From Lama glama (Eukaryota): a stretch of 64,000 bases of DNA. Shown here piece by piece: positions 13,257-25,207 of this stretch. The position numbers and the translations under genes were made by a program. The notes below the pieces were generated by a model. That model had not been told where the DNA came from. It searched no databases and worked only from the letters and a program-made list of their open reading frames with translations. Every line of letters begins with the position of its first letter. Positions within the stretch are counted from its first letter, which is position 1. The stretch spans positions 25,112,001 through 25,176,000 of the forward strand of contig CM052817.1 of NCBI GenBank assembly GCA_028534125.1, written 5' to 3'.

Positions 13257-14024
13257 ATAGGAGAAAAGTATGTTGAAAAAACCTTGTCAGATACACTGAG
13301 ACTGTTTCTTAAAGGTCATGGAGAATGTCTTATTTTAGTGTAATGTTTGTCCAAATTGAGTTAATAAGTGGTTAGCCAACCCAGTGTGCTCTACTCTGAA
13401 GCAGGGGACTTTTGTGGATGAGTTGAGAGCACATACAGCCAAACCTCCAGCTTCCTCAGCCTCTCCCAGAGTCTCTAAGAAGCCCTGCAAAGGGAAGATA
13501 GAGTTGGGTCTTCTCTCTTCTCTCCTGGAGATGTTCCAAAGAGGAGGGAACTGGCCCCAGGACAGCTGGTACCAGGAAATGCCTCAGCTGGACTGTCTGA
13601 CTCTGGGAAGTTCAGATGGCTCTGTACTCACTTTGGGCTTTGAGGAGACTTGAAAAATGTAGAGTCTTGTCCAGGCCACATTGAACTTGCTTCCTTAAGT
13701 CTAATGGGTGATTTACCAGCTGCTGCATTTGGTGTGTGAGGTCCTCGGGTTGCCTCCTGCCCAGTGACCCACACAGGTTTCCCACACACAGTGCCATTGG
13801 CTACTTTCCTGTGACGTCTGTCCTTGCCCTGTGCCCTCACTCTCCTGCATCACCCAGGATCACGTGACTGGTTGAATGGGTGTGAGAATGTTTTTATTCT
13901 CCTTTCTCCAGTCCACCTGCTTTTTCTTCTGGGCTTTTTTATTTTGTGCTGCCCTTGCTCTCCTCCCCAACCCCGTCATGCACAACACACAAGCATGAGC
14001 ATGTGCAGTATGTTTATCCCCCCC

Positions 14025-14400
14025 TTTTTTTTCAAATGGAAGAACAGTTGGTTTACAGTGTTGTGTTAGTTTCAGGTGTACAGCAAAGTGATTCAGTTAT
14101 ACACACACACACACATATATATGTATATATTCTTTTTTAGATTCTTTTCCATTATAGGTTATTACAAGATATTGAAATTGTTCTCTGTGCTATACAGTAG
14201 GTCCCTGTTGTTTATCTATTTTATGTTTAGTAGTGTGTATCTGTCAATCTCAAACTCCTAATTTATCCCTCCCCTCTTCCCTCTTTGGTAACCATAACTT
14301 TGTTTTCTATGTCTGTGAGTTTGTTTTTGTTTTGTAAATAAGTTTCTTTGTATCATTTTTTTTAGATTGCACATACAAGTGATGTCATGCAATATTTGTC
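14025..14400 (-). mobile_element. L1 3' end (artiodactyl-type), T-tail at left
   Basis: 'gttggtttacagtgttgtgttagtttcaggtgtacagcaaagtgattcagttata...gtgctatacagtaggtcc...ttagattgcacatacaagtgatgtcat'. Confidence 0.88.
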
Positions 14401-14403
14401 TAG

Positions 14404-14680
14404 TGCCCTGTGACTTCACTTATATGTGGAATCTAAATAACAAAACAAATGAATAAACAAGACAGAACTAAACTCCTAGATACAGAGAACAGATTGGTGG
14501 CTGTCGGAGGGGTAGGAGGTTGGGGTGGAAAGGACAAAGGGGTCAGTTATATGGTGGAGGATGCTAACTGGACTCACTGTGGCGGTCACTTTGTAGTGTG
14601 TACTAAGACTGAATTATGTTGTACACCTGAAACTAATACAATGTTGTATACCAATTGTAACTCAAAAAAAAGTTAGAAGA
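14404..14680 (+). mobile_element. L1 3' end with a different 3' UTR from the left neighbour
   Basis: 'cacttatatgtggaatctaaa...tagatacagagaacagattggtggctg...tgttgtacacctgaaactaatacaatgttgtataccaattgtaactcaaaaaaaa'. Confidence 0.88.
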
Positions 14681-14744
14681 AAGAAGACATAAGTGAGCTG
14701 TTTAACTCCTTTAAATAAGCTTAAAACTCCAAGCCCTGGACAAG

Positions 14745-15220
14745 GTAAGTATAAATAATTGCCATGACAATTGTCCTTAACAAAACTGTTTCAAAACTCT
14801 GGTGGACAGCACTCAGCACTAATTCTTGTTCCTGTGTTCATGGATTGGCTGAGGTTTGGCTGATCCAGGCTGAGCTCTGCTGGGCGTGGCTCCAAGCCGT
14901 GGGTTGGGTCAGGTCTGCTCCAGGCATCTTGCATTATGCTGGTACCAGCGGGCCTCCCAGGGCATGTCTTTCCCTTGGTGATGGCAGAAGCACAGAGAGG
15001 AAGAGTGGAAATACATCCTACATAAGGTGAGGCTCGGTAGGGATGCGTTGTTCCCTTCTGAACAATTCCACTAGCTGAAGCCAATCACATGCCACCTAAG
15101 CCCAGCGCCAGTGGGGGTGGGAAGTGCACACCATCAGAGGATAACGGCAGAGACAAATGGCAAAGGTTGTTGATCCTGGGAGGAGTGAACAATGCGGGGT
15201 AATGATGCCATCAACCACAG
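14745..15220 (-). mobile_element. ERVL-MaLR solo LTR, old MLT1J/K-like
   Basis: 'ttggctgatccaggctgagctctgctggg...ggttgggtcaggtctgctcca...gccaatcacatg..aagcccagc', ends 'caaccaca'. Confidence 0.7.
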
Positions 15221-15249
15221 ACAGGGATGTGCGTGTGGAATGTGGGTGA

Positions 15250-15452
15250 TGGGCAGGCACCGTGCCCTGTGCTTTACATATACTGTGTCATTGAAGCCTC
15301 ACAACAATCTCATGAGGTAAGATTATTGTTATCTCTATCTTTCAATGAGAAAATTTAGGTTCAAGTTGGGTAGTTGCTCGAAGTCTCACAGAAGTAAATG
15401 ACTCAGCAGGGACACCCACCCAGGTCTGTTTGGCAAAGCCCATAGTCTTAGC
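15250..15452 (-). mobile_element. MIR SINE
   Basis: 'gtgctttacatatactgtgtcattgaagcctcacaacaatctcatgaggtaagattatt...caatgagaaaatttagg'. Confidence 0.8.
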
Positions 15453-15489
15453 CTTCATTCAACTCGACTGAGAGAACTAGCAGCTGTGA

Positions 15490-15890
15490 TGGAAAGTGAG
15501 GATGAACATGGTCTAGTAAATCTGGTCTCCTTTGCTAAAAAACTGGCCCAGCAGATCAAGGGAGGGTCATGAGGGGAGCATCCAGATTCCAGGGGCTGGA
15601 CAAAGTCTATCATGATCTTTTTCAGAAAGATTGGGAAACGCAGGTTGATTTAGGACAAGTAGACTAGTTCCTTGCTGGTTAAAAAATGATGCTGTCATTA
15701 ATTAGATGTGCCGATTAATGACAGCTTGAGGGAGGCTGCTGGTGTTAAACAATAGAGCTCTGTCCTCAGCCTGATCCTGTCGCTCCTGCCTCCTTGCCCT
15801 TGTCTCTCTCTGAACAACTGGGATGAAGATATAGGAGCCTGGTTTATGAAATTGGTGAGTGCCCTAAACCAAGGGAGAGTAGCTTATAAA
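15490..15890 (+). mobile_element. L3/CR1 LINE relic covering the reverse-transcriptase domain
   Basis: Degenerate collinear match to CR1 RT motifs: 'aatctggtctccttt' (NLISF), 'gacaaagtctatcatgatctt' (DKVxHDIL), 'ctctgtcctcagcctgatcctg' (GSVLGPVL), 'aacaactgggatgaagatatag...atgaaattggtgagtgccctaaac' (NDLDEGI..KFADDTK). Confidence 0.65.
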
Positions 15891-15919
15891 AAATAAAAGA
15901 GTCAAAGGGTCAAATTAAA

Positions 15920-16120
15920 AATGGCAACTAACATATCTAGCCCTTCTCTAGAGAATGATCCTATTTAAGTCTCTAGACAACTCTGTGTGGCAGGTGTGAC
16001 CAATTATCCTCACTTCAGATGAGGCTCAGGGCTTAAATAAATTCCCTAAGATCACTCAACATTGTACCGCAGGGATCCCAGGTTTAAATCCTGGTTTTTC
16101 CAATTCCAAACGCAACACTC
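15920..16120 (-). mobile_element. MIR SINE
   Basis: 'acaactctgtgtggcaggtg...atcctcacttcagatgaggctcagggcttaaataaattccctaagatcac'. Confidence 0.65.
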
Positions 16121-16419
16121 TTTAAAATGGGATCAAAATAAACAAGAAAAAATTAATAGAGGCATATTTTCAAAAATATATAAACACAGGTTGGGAGAGA
16201 GACCGGAGGCACCAACTACCCCGGGATGTCTCGCGGTGTTTCTTCTCGGTCCCGGGCTCTGTGACGGCTACCTGGCTCTCTGACAGAGCTGGCATTCTCC
16301 TCCCAGCCTGGCCTGCTCCTGGCCATGGTAAGCTCATCCTGCTGGAACAGAAGACCGGGAATGTGAACTTGGCCCCTGACTCTCATAAAGCTTCCAACTC
16401 CTGGTCTGATTCAGGGATA

Positions 16420-16632
16420 CCCATGGCATGATGGAAAAGATGTGAGCTTAGGTGTTTTGCTAATTAGTTGTGTGCCCTTGGGAAAGTAAACTAAATCTCT
16501 CCCAGCCTCAGTTTCTTTTGCTGTAAAAGGAGAGACTGATGGTGCGAATCTTAGAGGATTACATGAGATGATGCCTGTAAAACACTTGAGGCAGCACCTA
16601 CCTCCTAGAGGGTCCTAATACATCCCAGCTCA
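16420..16632 (+). mobile_element. MIR SINE
   Basis: 'tagttgtgtgcccttgggaaagtaaactaaatctctcccagcctcagtttcttttgctgtaaaagg...gaggattacatgagatgatgcctgtaaaacact'. Confidence 0.8.
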
Positions 16633-17784
16633 TCTTCAGAGTTAGGAAATCTCGGGCTGCTGCACAGTTATGACCATGATTGTCTGAGAATGGTCACTGC
16701 GCTCTCATCCTTTCTGTATCGAAGTGCTAGCTTCAGTAATCCAGAAGATGTGGGTGGATGCTGATTCTTCTGGAGAATGTCCGCGTGTGATCAGCCACGT
16801 TTGCTTTGCCATTCCTCATGGGGACTTTCTCATATTACAAGAAGTGTGAACTTAGACTTTTTAGAGTCATCCAGCCAGGCTGGCAGATGCAATGAATAAC
16901 CTGTCTTTTTGTCTCCTTTCCTTTCCTTTCTGGGAGGTGTGGTAGACGAGACAGGGGGAAGGTGCACAAAGGGTAGGGAGCCAGTGCCTTTGTGAAGCTC
17001 TTTCTCAGTGTTGCATTTTGTCTTTTCTGAGTCCCTTTGTCTTCTGGGTGATACAAGGAAGCTTCCATTTGCCTAGAACTTAATACTTTCCTCTATTTGC
17101 TTTAATCCTCAACAGGACCAGGTGTTTCTTTTGGATTTTGAAGTTTCTGTCAATAGAAGTTTACTCATTTAGCACCATAAAACCCTAGTTAAACAAGACA
17201 CATGATTTTAGAGATCATAAAAGAAAAAACAAATTAAACATTTTCAAAGAAATATATTTTAAGCTATATTCAAATACCAAGCACTTACCCCAGACAAGAA
17301 CTAAATTCTTCTGGATTAATAGATTGTAAAGCTGAGTAATTTATTTTGTACAACAGTAGATGTTAATTTACCAAATGCTTCCCATGGTAAGGATTCTATC
17401 CAGAATGTGGTGGTGAGGCTAGCGAAACATAATGGTCAGAATCTACATACCCTCATCTTAGTTATCTCATGTTGATTTCTAACAATGGGCACTATACAAA
17501 CTCCTCATCTCCTGAATTTATATTAATGGGCATTAAACCTTGATGTCAATCCTCTAGCTTAGCACTCAGACTTTACCTTTCCTTTAATCACTTGGTCACC
17601 TCTCTGATTACCAACCATCAAAAAACCAGAGCACATGTCTCACGTACATTAGCATCCACTAATTTCCTTCACTGTTCCTACAATCAACAGTCCCTCCTGA
17701 ACATGCTAGCTAGTTCCACCTATTTCTCTCCACTTTCTAATTAATCTCTCTGAGTTTCACCATAATATTAAATTTCTTTTCCTT

Positions 17785-18335
17785 CTTTTAAAAACTTCAT
17801 TGAGGTATAACTTACATACCATCAAATCTGCCCATTTTAAGTGTACAAATTCAATGATTTTTAGTAAACGAACAGAGTTATGCAACCATCACCATAATCC
17901 AATATAAGAGTGATTCGGTCACCCCAATAAGATCTCTCAGCCCATTGTTCCTAGCCCCATCCTCAGGCAACCACTAATCTACTTTCTGTTTCTCAGATTT
18001 TCCCTTTCTGAATATTTCATAGAAATTGAATCATATAACAAGTGGTCTTGTCTGTCTTGTTTCACTTAGCATCTGAGAGTCCTTTGTGTTGTAGCATATA
18101 TCAGTACTTTGTTCCTTTTTGTTGCTGTATAGTATTCCATTCTGTGGATATATATATATATATACACCACCTTTTGTTTATCCACAACCAGTTGATGGAC
18201 ATTCGGATTGTTTCCACTTTTTGGCTGCTGTGAATAATGTTGCTGTGAACATTGATTGGCATACAAGTCTGTGTGGACATATGCTTTCGTTTCTTTGGGG
18301 TAAATACTTCGGTGTGGAATTGATGGGCACAATGC
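17785..18335 (-). mobile_element. Old L1 3' end (L1MB-like)
   Basis: 'cttcattgaggtataacttacataccatcaaatctgcccattttaagtgtaca...gttgatggacattcggattgtttccactttttggct...gtggaattgatggg'. Confidence 0.85.
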
Positions 18336-18609
18336 TTTTTAATAGCACTTTCAATAGCATCATGATTGGCAATATATAGATATACTAAGTTTTGGGAATA
18401 ATTTACAGATTCAGTTGAACCTTTGGTTCAAACATATGAACATGTATCTAACTTAGTTGTAAAATCTTCATCAAAGTACAGTGTTTTATTACATCTCTGA
18501 ACTGGCATTGCCCCTTCTACCATTTTGAATACATGAAGAATTATGTATTTACTCAGTTGAAATTGATTAATATTAACCTTAAAAATTATGCTCTAAATAG
18601 TTCATTGCA

Positions 18610-18760
18610 GGAACACAGGGAAAGACCACTGAATTTGGAATCAGAAAAACTTGGATTTGATTCCTGTCTCTGTCACTTACTAAAGTCTTTGGACAAAACC
18701 ATTCAATATCTCTGGGATTAAGTTTCCTCCTCGACCAGCAGGGATGATGGTGTTTACCCT
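18610..18760 (+). mobile_element. MIR SINE
   Basis: 'ccactgaatttggaatcagaaaaacttggatttgattcctgtctctgtcacttact...aagtttcctcc'. Confidence 0.7.
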
Positions 18761-21321
18761 GCCACCGCACAGCAGCATTGTTCACGTAACCCGTAAAAAT
18801 CTGGAGCCAAGTGGTTCAGTCTCAAATGGTATCATACGGAAGAAGCATAGTTCAATAGCCAAAGGTAGTTACAAAGGAATTCTGTTCTTTTCTTATGTCT
18901 CCTGATGGAAAGTAAAGCAAATCTAAGCACCCCACACACAGGAAATTCCCTTTCTGCTAATTTTCTCCTCTTTTTCACACCCTCCCTTCTTTCATTATGT
19001 AAGTTAACTTAGCTTCTCTCCCAGGAAGAGGGAATTCTCCCTGGATAGAGGAGGGGCATCAGGTTGGCAACGTCAGGGTTTTTCTTGGATGGATGAAGGA
19101 GGAATCTGAGTATGAAGTCTTTTCACGTGTGCTATGAAGTATAACACACAATGAAAATGTCCCGTATTATTGTGATCATCGTAGTCGTCAACATCATCAA
19201 TAGTATAAGGTGGCAGAATAGCTATGCCTGTACCGCAAACAAATCATTTACCTGCTAAAAGACTACCAGGTCCAGACTATTGCATGTTATTCATTTTAGA
19301 CAAATAACCCACCCTATCTTTTGACATTTCTGAAATAAGGATGTGTCTTTGGACGAGTAATAATTTTAATCACTGTTAGCCACTTCCCCCCATTTTAATG
19401 TCTCTGAAATCCTACAGCCAGGGAGGTCTGAGATAAAACATGGACTATTGACTTCACCCACGTTTGGCTCCAAGTCTGTAATGACGGGGGAGGAGGGTGG
19501 CCCGGTAGCCACGTGGGCGAAGCCGTGTGAGCAGCTTGCCCTCAGGAGGGGGAAGGAGTCTAGTGTGGGGTCAGGCCCACGGCCGGGTGCTCTTGGAGTT
19601 TTGATAATGTACCAAGTGAAAGGGAGGTTCAGGAGTCTCTTTCCACCTCACCGTGTGGCACACTCCCACCTCCTGATTCCTTACGCGGCCACAGGATTCC
19701 TCACAAACCAGTTTCAGTATGAGGCAGCCTCTCTGGAAAATATACACCACGTCTGAAGTCAGGCCTTGTATCCCTGGGCCATTCATTCACTCCTGCCTAG
19801 CTACCCAAGGGCCCCTTAGAGGGACGGCGATTGGAGTTGAATGTAACAGTTTCCACCGGTGCCAAGGGAGGGTGTATCACCCTGCCTGCTGGCCAGCGGC
19901 GCCAGGGCTGTAAGATAATGTTAGGACAAGAAGTTCAGAAGCGCAGGAAATGAAAACAATACAGTGGCCTGGGATGGAGCTCAGGACAGAAACGACCTCA
20001 GAGCAGCCAGGGTCTGTTTGTAAAAGCATAGGTTGTTCAAGCAAAAAAAATAATGGGCAGAAACCTACAGCTGCCGTTCCCAGGAAGCAACTTGCCAGGA
20101 GGAGGGGAGGAGGAGTCCCGAGACTCCTCCCCTGTGACAGGGCCTGCGGCCCGGAGAGCGGAGCTGTCGGTGCCGGGGCTGTGGTCCGGCTGAGGCCCTG
20201 GCAGGGCCAGGTTTCCGGACTCTAAGTAAATAAAAGACAGTTAAAATGTATACGGGCTCACCTTTCAGAAATGTATTTCTCTCTTCCTTGCTTCCTCTTA
20301 CGGTCTGTTGGTTTGGCACAGACTCTGACAGGTTTTTGCTTTTGGCCTGCTGGTCGCCTGGTCAGGGAGTCCGAGCATCTGGACAGGGCTTCAAGTTGGG
20401 ACCTCTGGTTTACTGTTGCATCGCTCTAGGTTGGTCTAACTCCTGGGGTGGGGAGGGGGTCTCTGAGTGAGCTGACATGGAGCTTCCCTGGTTTTAGAAG
20501 GGACTAAATGTAGGTATATAGGGAAGTCAGTCAGTGTTGTGGAATGAGCTGCTTTAAGGATAAACAGAGTGTAAGTGGCCAAGAGGTGTTGGCCAGGGGA
20601 GGGTCTTTGTGGGCCTCAGGAGCCACGTCTGAGAGGGACCTGAGGAAATGGGGCTGCTCAGACCTACCAGCCATTGACTGGTTGGGTTCCGGGTGGTGAA
20701 CTGGATGGCTTAGGGTAGTTTGGTCAGGACGAGTGACAGGTAAGAGAGTGGAGTGGGGAAAGATGAAGGATTGCAGTAGCACCCACAGCAGTGGATAGAA
20801 TGGGGAGGAAGCTCACACTCCAGAAATCCTTTCATTTCATACAAGGGAACAAGAGGCACCCTCCACTTCTAAAGAGAGGTCCGTCATGGGTGGGAGACTT
20901 GCCGAGAGACCTGGTTAACAGTCCTAGCCCATTCCAAGCGGTGGAGACTGGTCTAGAGGCAGGACTTTCAATCACCAACTCCATCTTCTGCTTACTCTAA
21001 GCCAAGAAATCAGAAGTAGGAGAAGCCTGTCTCTGTGAAGAAATTCCAGCTCCAAAAAATTTCTTCCCTGCATATGAGGTAGTCACTTTCCAGATCGGCA
21101 GCAAAGCCTCAGAGACTGAGGTGCCCCGATACAAAGCTCCAGGAACATTCAGGAGAACTGGAGGGAGGATTGTGGAAGGGTCTCTGAAAGTTCCAGGTGT
21201 AGCAGGACAACCAGGCATGTTCTTAGGATCACACAACATTAGAGGTAAAGGAGACTCCAGCGTTTACTCAAAAAAGATTCGCAATGGTTTACAAAATTGG
21301 GGGCAAACAATAAAAAATCAA

Positions 21322-22718
21322 CAGGATTCTTCCAAAGAAAGCATACAGGCGGTGGTCACTTGGCACATGAAAAGATGCTCAGCATCACTAATCATCAGGG
21401 AGATGCCAATCAAGACCACAATGAGATTTCATCTCACACCTGTCAGAATGGCCATCATCAAAAAGACCACAAATAACAAGTGTTGGTGAGGATGTGGAGA
21501 AAAGGGAACCCTCATGTAATGTAAGTGGAAATGTGAATTGGTATAGCTACTATGCAAAACAGTAAGGAGGTTCCTCAAAAAATTAAAAATTGAACCACCA
21601 TGTGATCCAGCAATTCTACTTCTGGGTATTTTTCTGAAGAGGAATGAAAACAGTGATTCAGAAAGATACATGCACTCCTGTGCTCACTGCAGCATTCTTT
21701 ACAATAGTCAAGATATGCAAGCAACCCAAGTACCCACTGATGGATGAATAGATGAAGAAGATGTGGCACATAAATACATGGAATATTATTTAGCCATAAA
21801 AGGAATGGAATCTTGCCATCTGTGACAACATGAACGGATCTAGAGAGTATTAGGCTAAGTGAAATAGATCAAACAGAGAAAGACAAACAGAATCTAAAAA
21901 ACAAAACAAATGATTAAACATAATGAAATAGAAGCAGGGTTATAGATACAGAGAACAAACCGGGGAGAGGGGTAGGGGAGGAAAGAAATAGAGGTGAGGG
22001 AGATTAAGAGGTACAAAATAAATGAGTTGCAAAATAAATGAGTCATGGGTGTGAAATTTAGTTTGGGGAATATAGTCAATTACTGGTATAGCTCAAGTGG
22101 TAGAACACATGCTTAGCATGTACAAGGTTCAGTCCCCAGTACCTCCTCTATAAATAAGTAAACCTAATTACCTCCCCTCCCCCAAAAAATAAAATTAAGA
22201 AAATTTAAAAAAGTATGTAATATCTTTGTATGGTGACATATTGTAACTAAACTTACCATGATCAGTTTGCAATATACAGAAATATCAAATCACTATGTAG
22301 TATAACATAGTAGTGTAGGTCAGTTATACTTCAAAAACCAACAAACATAGAGGTCAGGTTTGTGGTTACTAGAGGTGAGGGCAGGGTAGGGGGAATTGGA
22401 TGAAGGCAGTCAAAAGTAGAAACTTCCAATTACAAGATAAGTAAGTACTATGGATGTAATGTACACTACAATAAACAAAATTAACACTGCTGTATGTTAT
22501 ATATGAAAGTTGTTAAGAGAGTAAATCCTAAGAGTTCTCATCACAAGAAAAATGTTTTTCTTTCTTTAATTTTGTTTCTATAGGAAATGATGGATGTTCA
22601 CTAAACTTGCTGTAGTAACTATTCCATGAAGTTTATAAGTCAAATCATTATGCTGTACACCTAAACTTATACAGAGCTGTGTGCCAGTTCTATCTCAATA
22701 AAACCAGAAGAAAAAAAT
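21322..22718 (+). mobile_element. 5'-truncated L1 (ORF2 C-terminus plus 3' UTR), interrupted by a SINE at 22085-22212
   Basis: ORF 21121-21489 ends [41 protein letters not shown], the L1 ORF2 C-terminal region; ends 'ctatctcaataaaaccagaagaaaaaaa'. Confidence 0.93.
22085..22212 (+). mobile_element. tRNA-derived SINE, Vic-1-like (camelid), 5'-clipped and nested in L1
   Basis: 'ggtatagctcaagtggtagaacacatgcttagcatg..ggttcagtccccagtacctcc..aaataagtaaacctaattacctcccc' plus A-rich tail. Confidence 0.85.
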
Positions 22719-22974
22719 CAACAGCGTTCAAATAAAAGTCCGTATTTCAGGGCCCTCTTAAAAAATCAGATGACTGGTGACACACATGTCACATTCCTCT
22801 AGTAGTTGAGCTGAGTTCCTGTCATTGAAGAGGAGTTCCTCACTTCAGGAGGTACCCGTGCCCGCAAATCTCTACAGTCCCCAGCACTCCCTATTGCTTT
22901 CTGGATACTTTCCTTACACTCATTTCCTTCGTTTGCACTTGCTGCTCGGCTCTAGAATCCTTGCTGCAGACCAA

Positions 22975-23100
22975 CAGTTCCTTTATCTATAAGGAAAGTG
23001 AGGTCCCCAAAGGGAATATGTCTTGCCTAAGATGAGGTAAATTGGTAAATATCGGAGCTAGGACTTAAACCCAGGACCTTCAAACCCAACTCAACATCTT
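22975..23100 (-). mobile_element. MIR SINE
   Basis: 'ctttatctataaggaaagtgaggtcccc...cttgcctaagatg...ggagctaggacttaaacccaggac'. Confidence 0.65.
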
Positions 23101-24399
23101 GTCTCCACATCTGGAAGAGAGACTGCTGTGAAACCGTGGTCTCCTGACTCCAGTCCAGCGTGCTTTTTGTCATTGTCCTTGGGCTGCCACAAGGACTCCG
23201 GGAAATAGGAACCGGAAAGGGAATGTGAGGGTGATGGTGGTGGTGGGAAGGATGCAAGTGAAATTTTTTTAACAGTGAGAGACTATGACTTAGGACTCAG
23301 GGAGAGGAAAAAAATTTCCCCAAACACAAAGATCAAGGAAGCAAGATGTGGAAGAGAAAGAGGAAAGAAATTCAAGCTGCCCCAGCATTTAAGCTGTCAG
23401 AAGTACTAAAATCCCCCAGAGTTGGGAACCTAATTATTACAGAAAGCCTTGCCTAGTTTACAGTCTGAAGACTGTCAAAATTGAGAAACTTTAGAAATTG
23501 TGTATAGTTTTTAGATGAAAGATAAAAACTAATTAGGAAGGTGTAAGGGGAAGTTCTGTTTTTGAAGTGAACACTGAGATGGAATAAATACTCTTACAAA
23601 AATAAGACTGATACAGGCATACTGCTTCGAAACTTAAAAAGCAATTTTATTTGCACTATCTTATGTATCATGAAAGGCTTATAATTGTTTTATGGCCAAA
23701 GGGGTCTCTCCTCCCAACTTCTTGCCCCTCTGATGGAATCCCATGATCTTGGATAGAGATGCTTAAACTCCAGGAGGGTGCTAGAAATATCTCAGACCAG
23801 ATATCCGGGAGAACATACATGTTGCTTGAAAAGTGGTTTCATTTTGCACAAGGCTGCTTCTTTTTTTGTTTCCAGCAACTGTGTGTGTGTGCGTGGCCAG
23901 GAGAGGAGTCTTTACTTTGACTGGTTAGTCCAGCAAGTCTTGACTGAGCTCTAAACTGCATGCGGGCAGGCTGCGGCTGCTGGGCGGGTAGCGAAGGGTA
24001 AGAGCCATGTGGTTGCTGCGCTCACAGAGCTGACTTGGTCCTTCTGTGTGCTGTGATCACTAAGGCTGGATATGGTATGACATTGCATCAATTTCCCATA
24101 GCCTTCTGCTCCCCCGAGTGTTACTCCTGTAATGCTGGCCTGACGCGGGGTCCTTCTATACATGTCCCTCCGAGATTGCCATGCTGAGTGCCACGTCTTA
24201 CCATCAGCCAGGACTTGAATTTACATAGCATGCAGAAGATGTTTTAAAACTTCCCCCCTCTAGGCACCTGTTTTTATACAAAGTCAGCTTTGGGTGGGTC
24301 CTCAGGAGATTATTTCTCTTCTGTGTTTTTTTCTTTGCCTAGTGCTGGCCAGGATCTCCCTGGTGAGGCCCAACCGAGGTGGTAACTGTGAAAATTGTT

Positions 24400-25200
24400 G
24401 TCATGGTCCTAATGTTGAAGGAAATGGCTCCTGGCCACTGAGTTTTGTGCTTTTACCATTCCCCATTATGTTTGTGGTAGGTTTTAAAAATAGTGCTTTT
24501 TTTCTTTTCCTAGTTTACTTAATTTTTCTTAGTATGATAGATGTTGAATTTTATTGAATGCTTTTCTGCATCTATTAAGATGATCATGAGGTTTTTTTTT
24601 TTGATCTGCTATGTCGTCAATTTATGCTATTGTATTGTCTTTTTTGTTATTTATTGGTGGATCCAGTTTGCTAATGTTCTGCTGAGGTTTTCGTATCCAT
24701 GTTCATGAGTAAATTTGTCTTGTAGTTTTCCTTTCCAAACTGTCCTTGATTGTTGATATGAGTTATGCCAACCATAAAACGGAAGGAGTTACCTGTTTTG
24801 CTGTTCTGTGGAAGAATTTATCTAAGGCTGGACTGCTGTGTTTATTTGGTGGGAAAATATTTTTATCCATGGAATTTAATTTTTAAATTTTTCATAAAAT
24901 CATTGGGTTTTTTTTCTTCTTGATAACATTTTGGTACTTCATATTTTCTAAAAATGTTTCCTTTTTACTTGTTAACAATTTGGAGTATGAATCTATTTAT
25001 AGTATCTTATCTTTTTAATATCCACAGCAAATACAGTTTACTTTTTCACTCACAATATGATTTTTTAAATGATTTTTCTTTTTTGATCTGTATTGCCAGA
25101 GGATTGTCAACTTTGATTATACTTTTCAAAGTATCTGATTTGTTGATCCTCAGTGCTACTGTTAATACTTATTTATTTTTCCTTTTTTTAATATCATAGT
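24400..25200 (-). mobile_element. Old L1 (L1ME-like) ORF2 region
   Basis: 'gatgttgaattttattgaatgcttttctgcatctattaagatgatcatg', 'gtttgctaatgttctgctgaggttttcgtatccatgttcatgag'. Confidence 0.7.
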
Positions 25201-25207
25201 TCCCATT

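Noticed and set aside
19290..19420. Possible Tigger/MamRep-type DNA transposon relic
   Set aside because: Only two short motifs (tttctgaaataaggatgtgtctt; cattttaatgtctctgaaatc) recalled from memory; insufficient to call
21121..21489. 122-aa ORF with a protein-like C-terminus
   Set aside because: The C-terminal part is an L1 ORF2 remnant, not a host gene
12775..22718. Similar ~480-bp blocks at 12775-13256 and 22240-22718 suggesting a segmental duplication
   Set aside because: Both are 3' UTRs of the same L1 family and the similarity does not extend into the flanks
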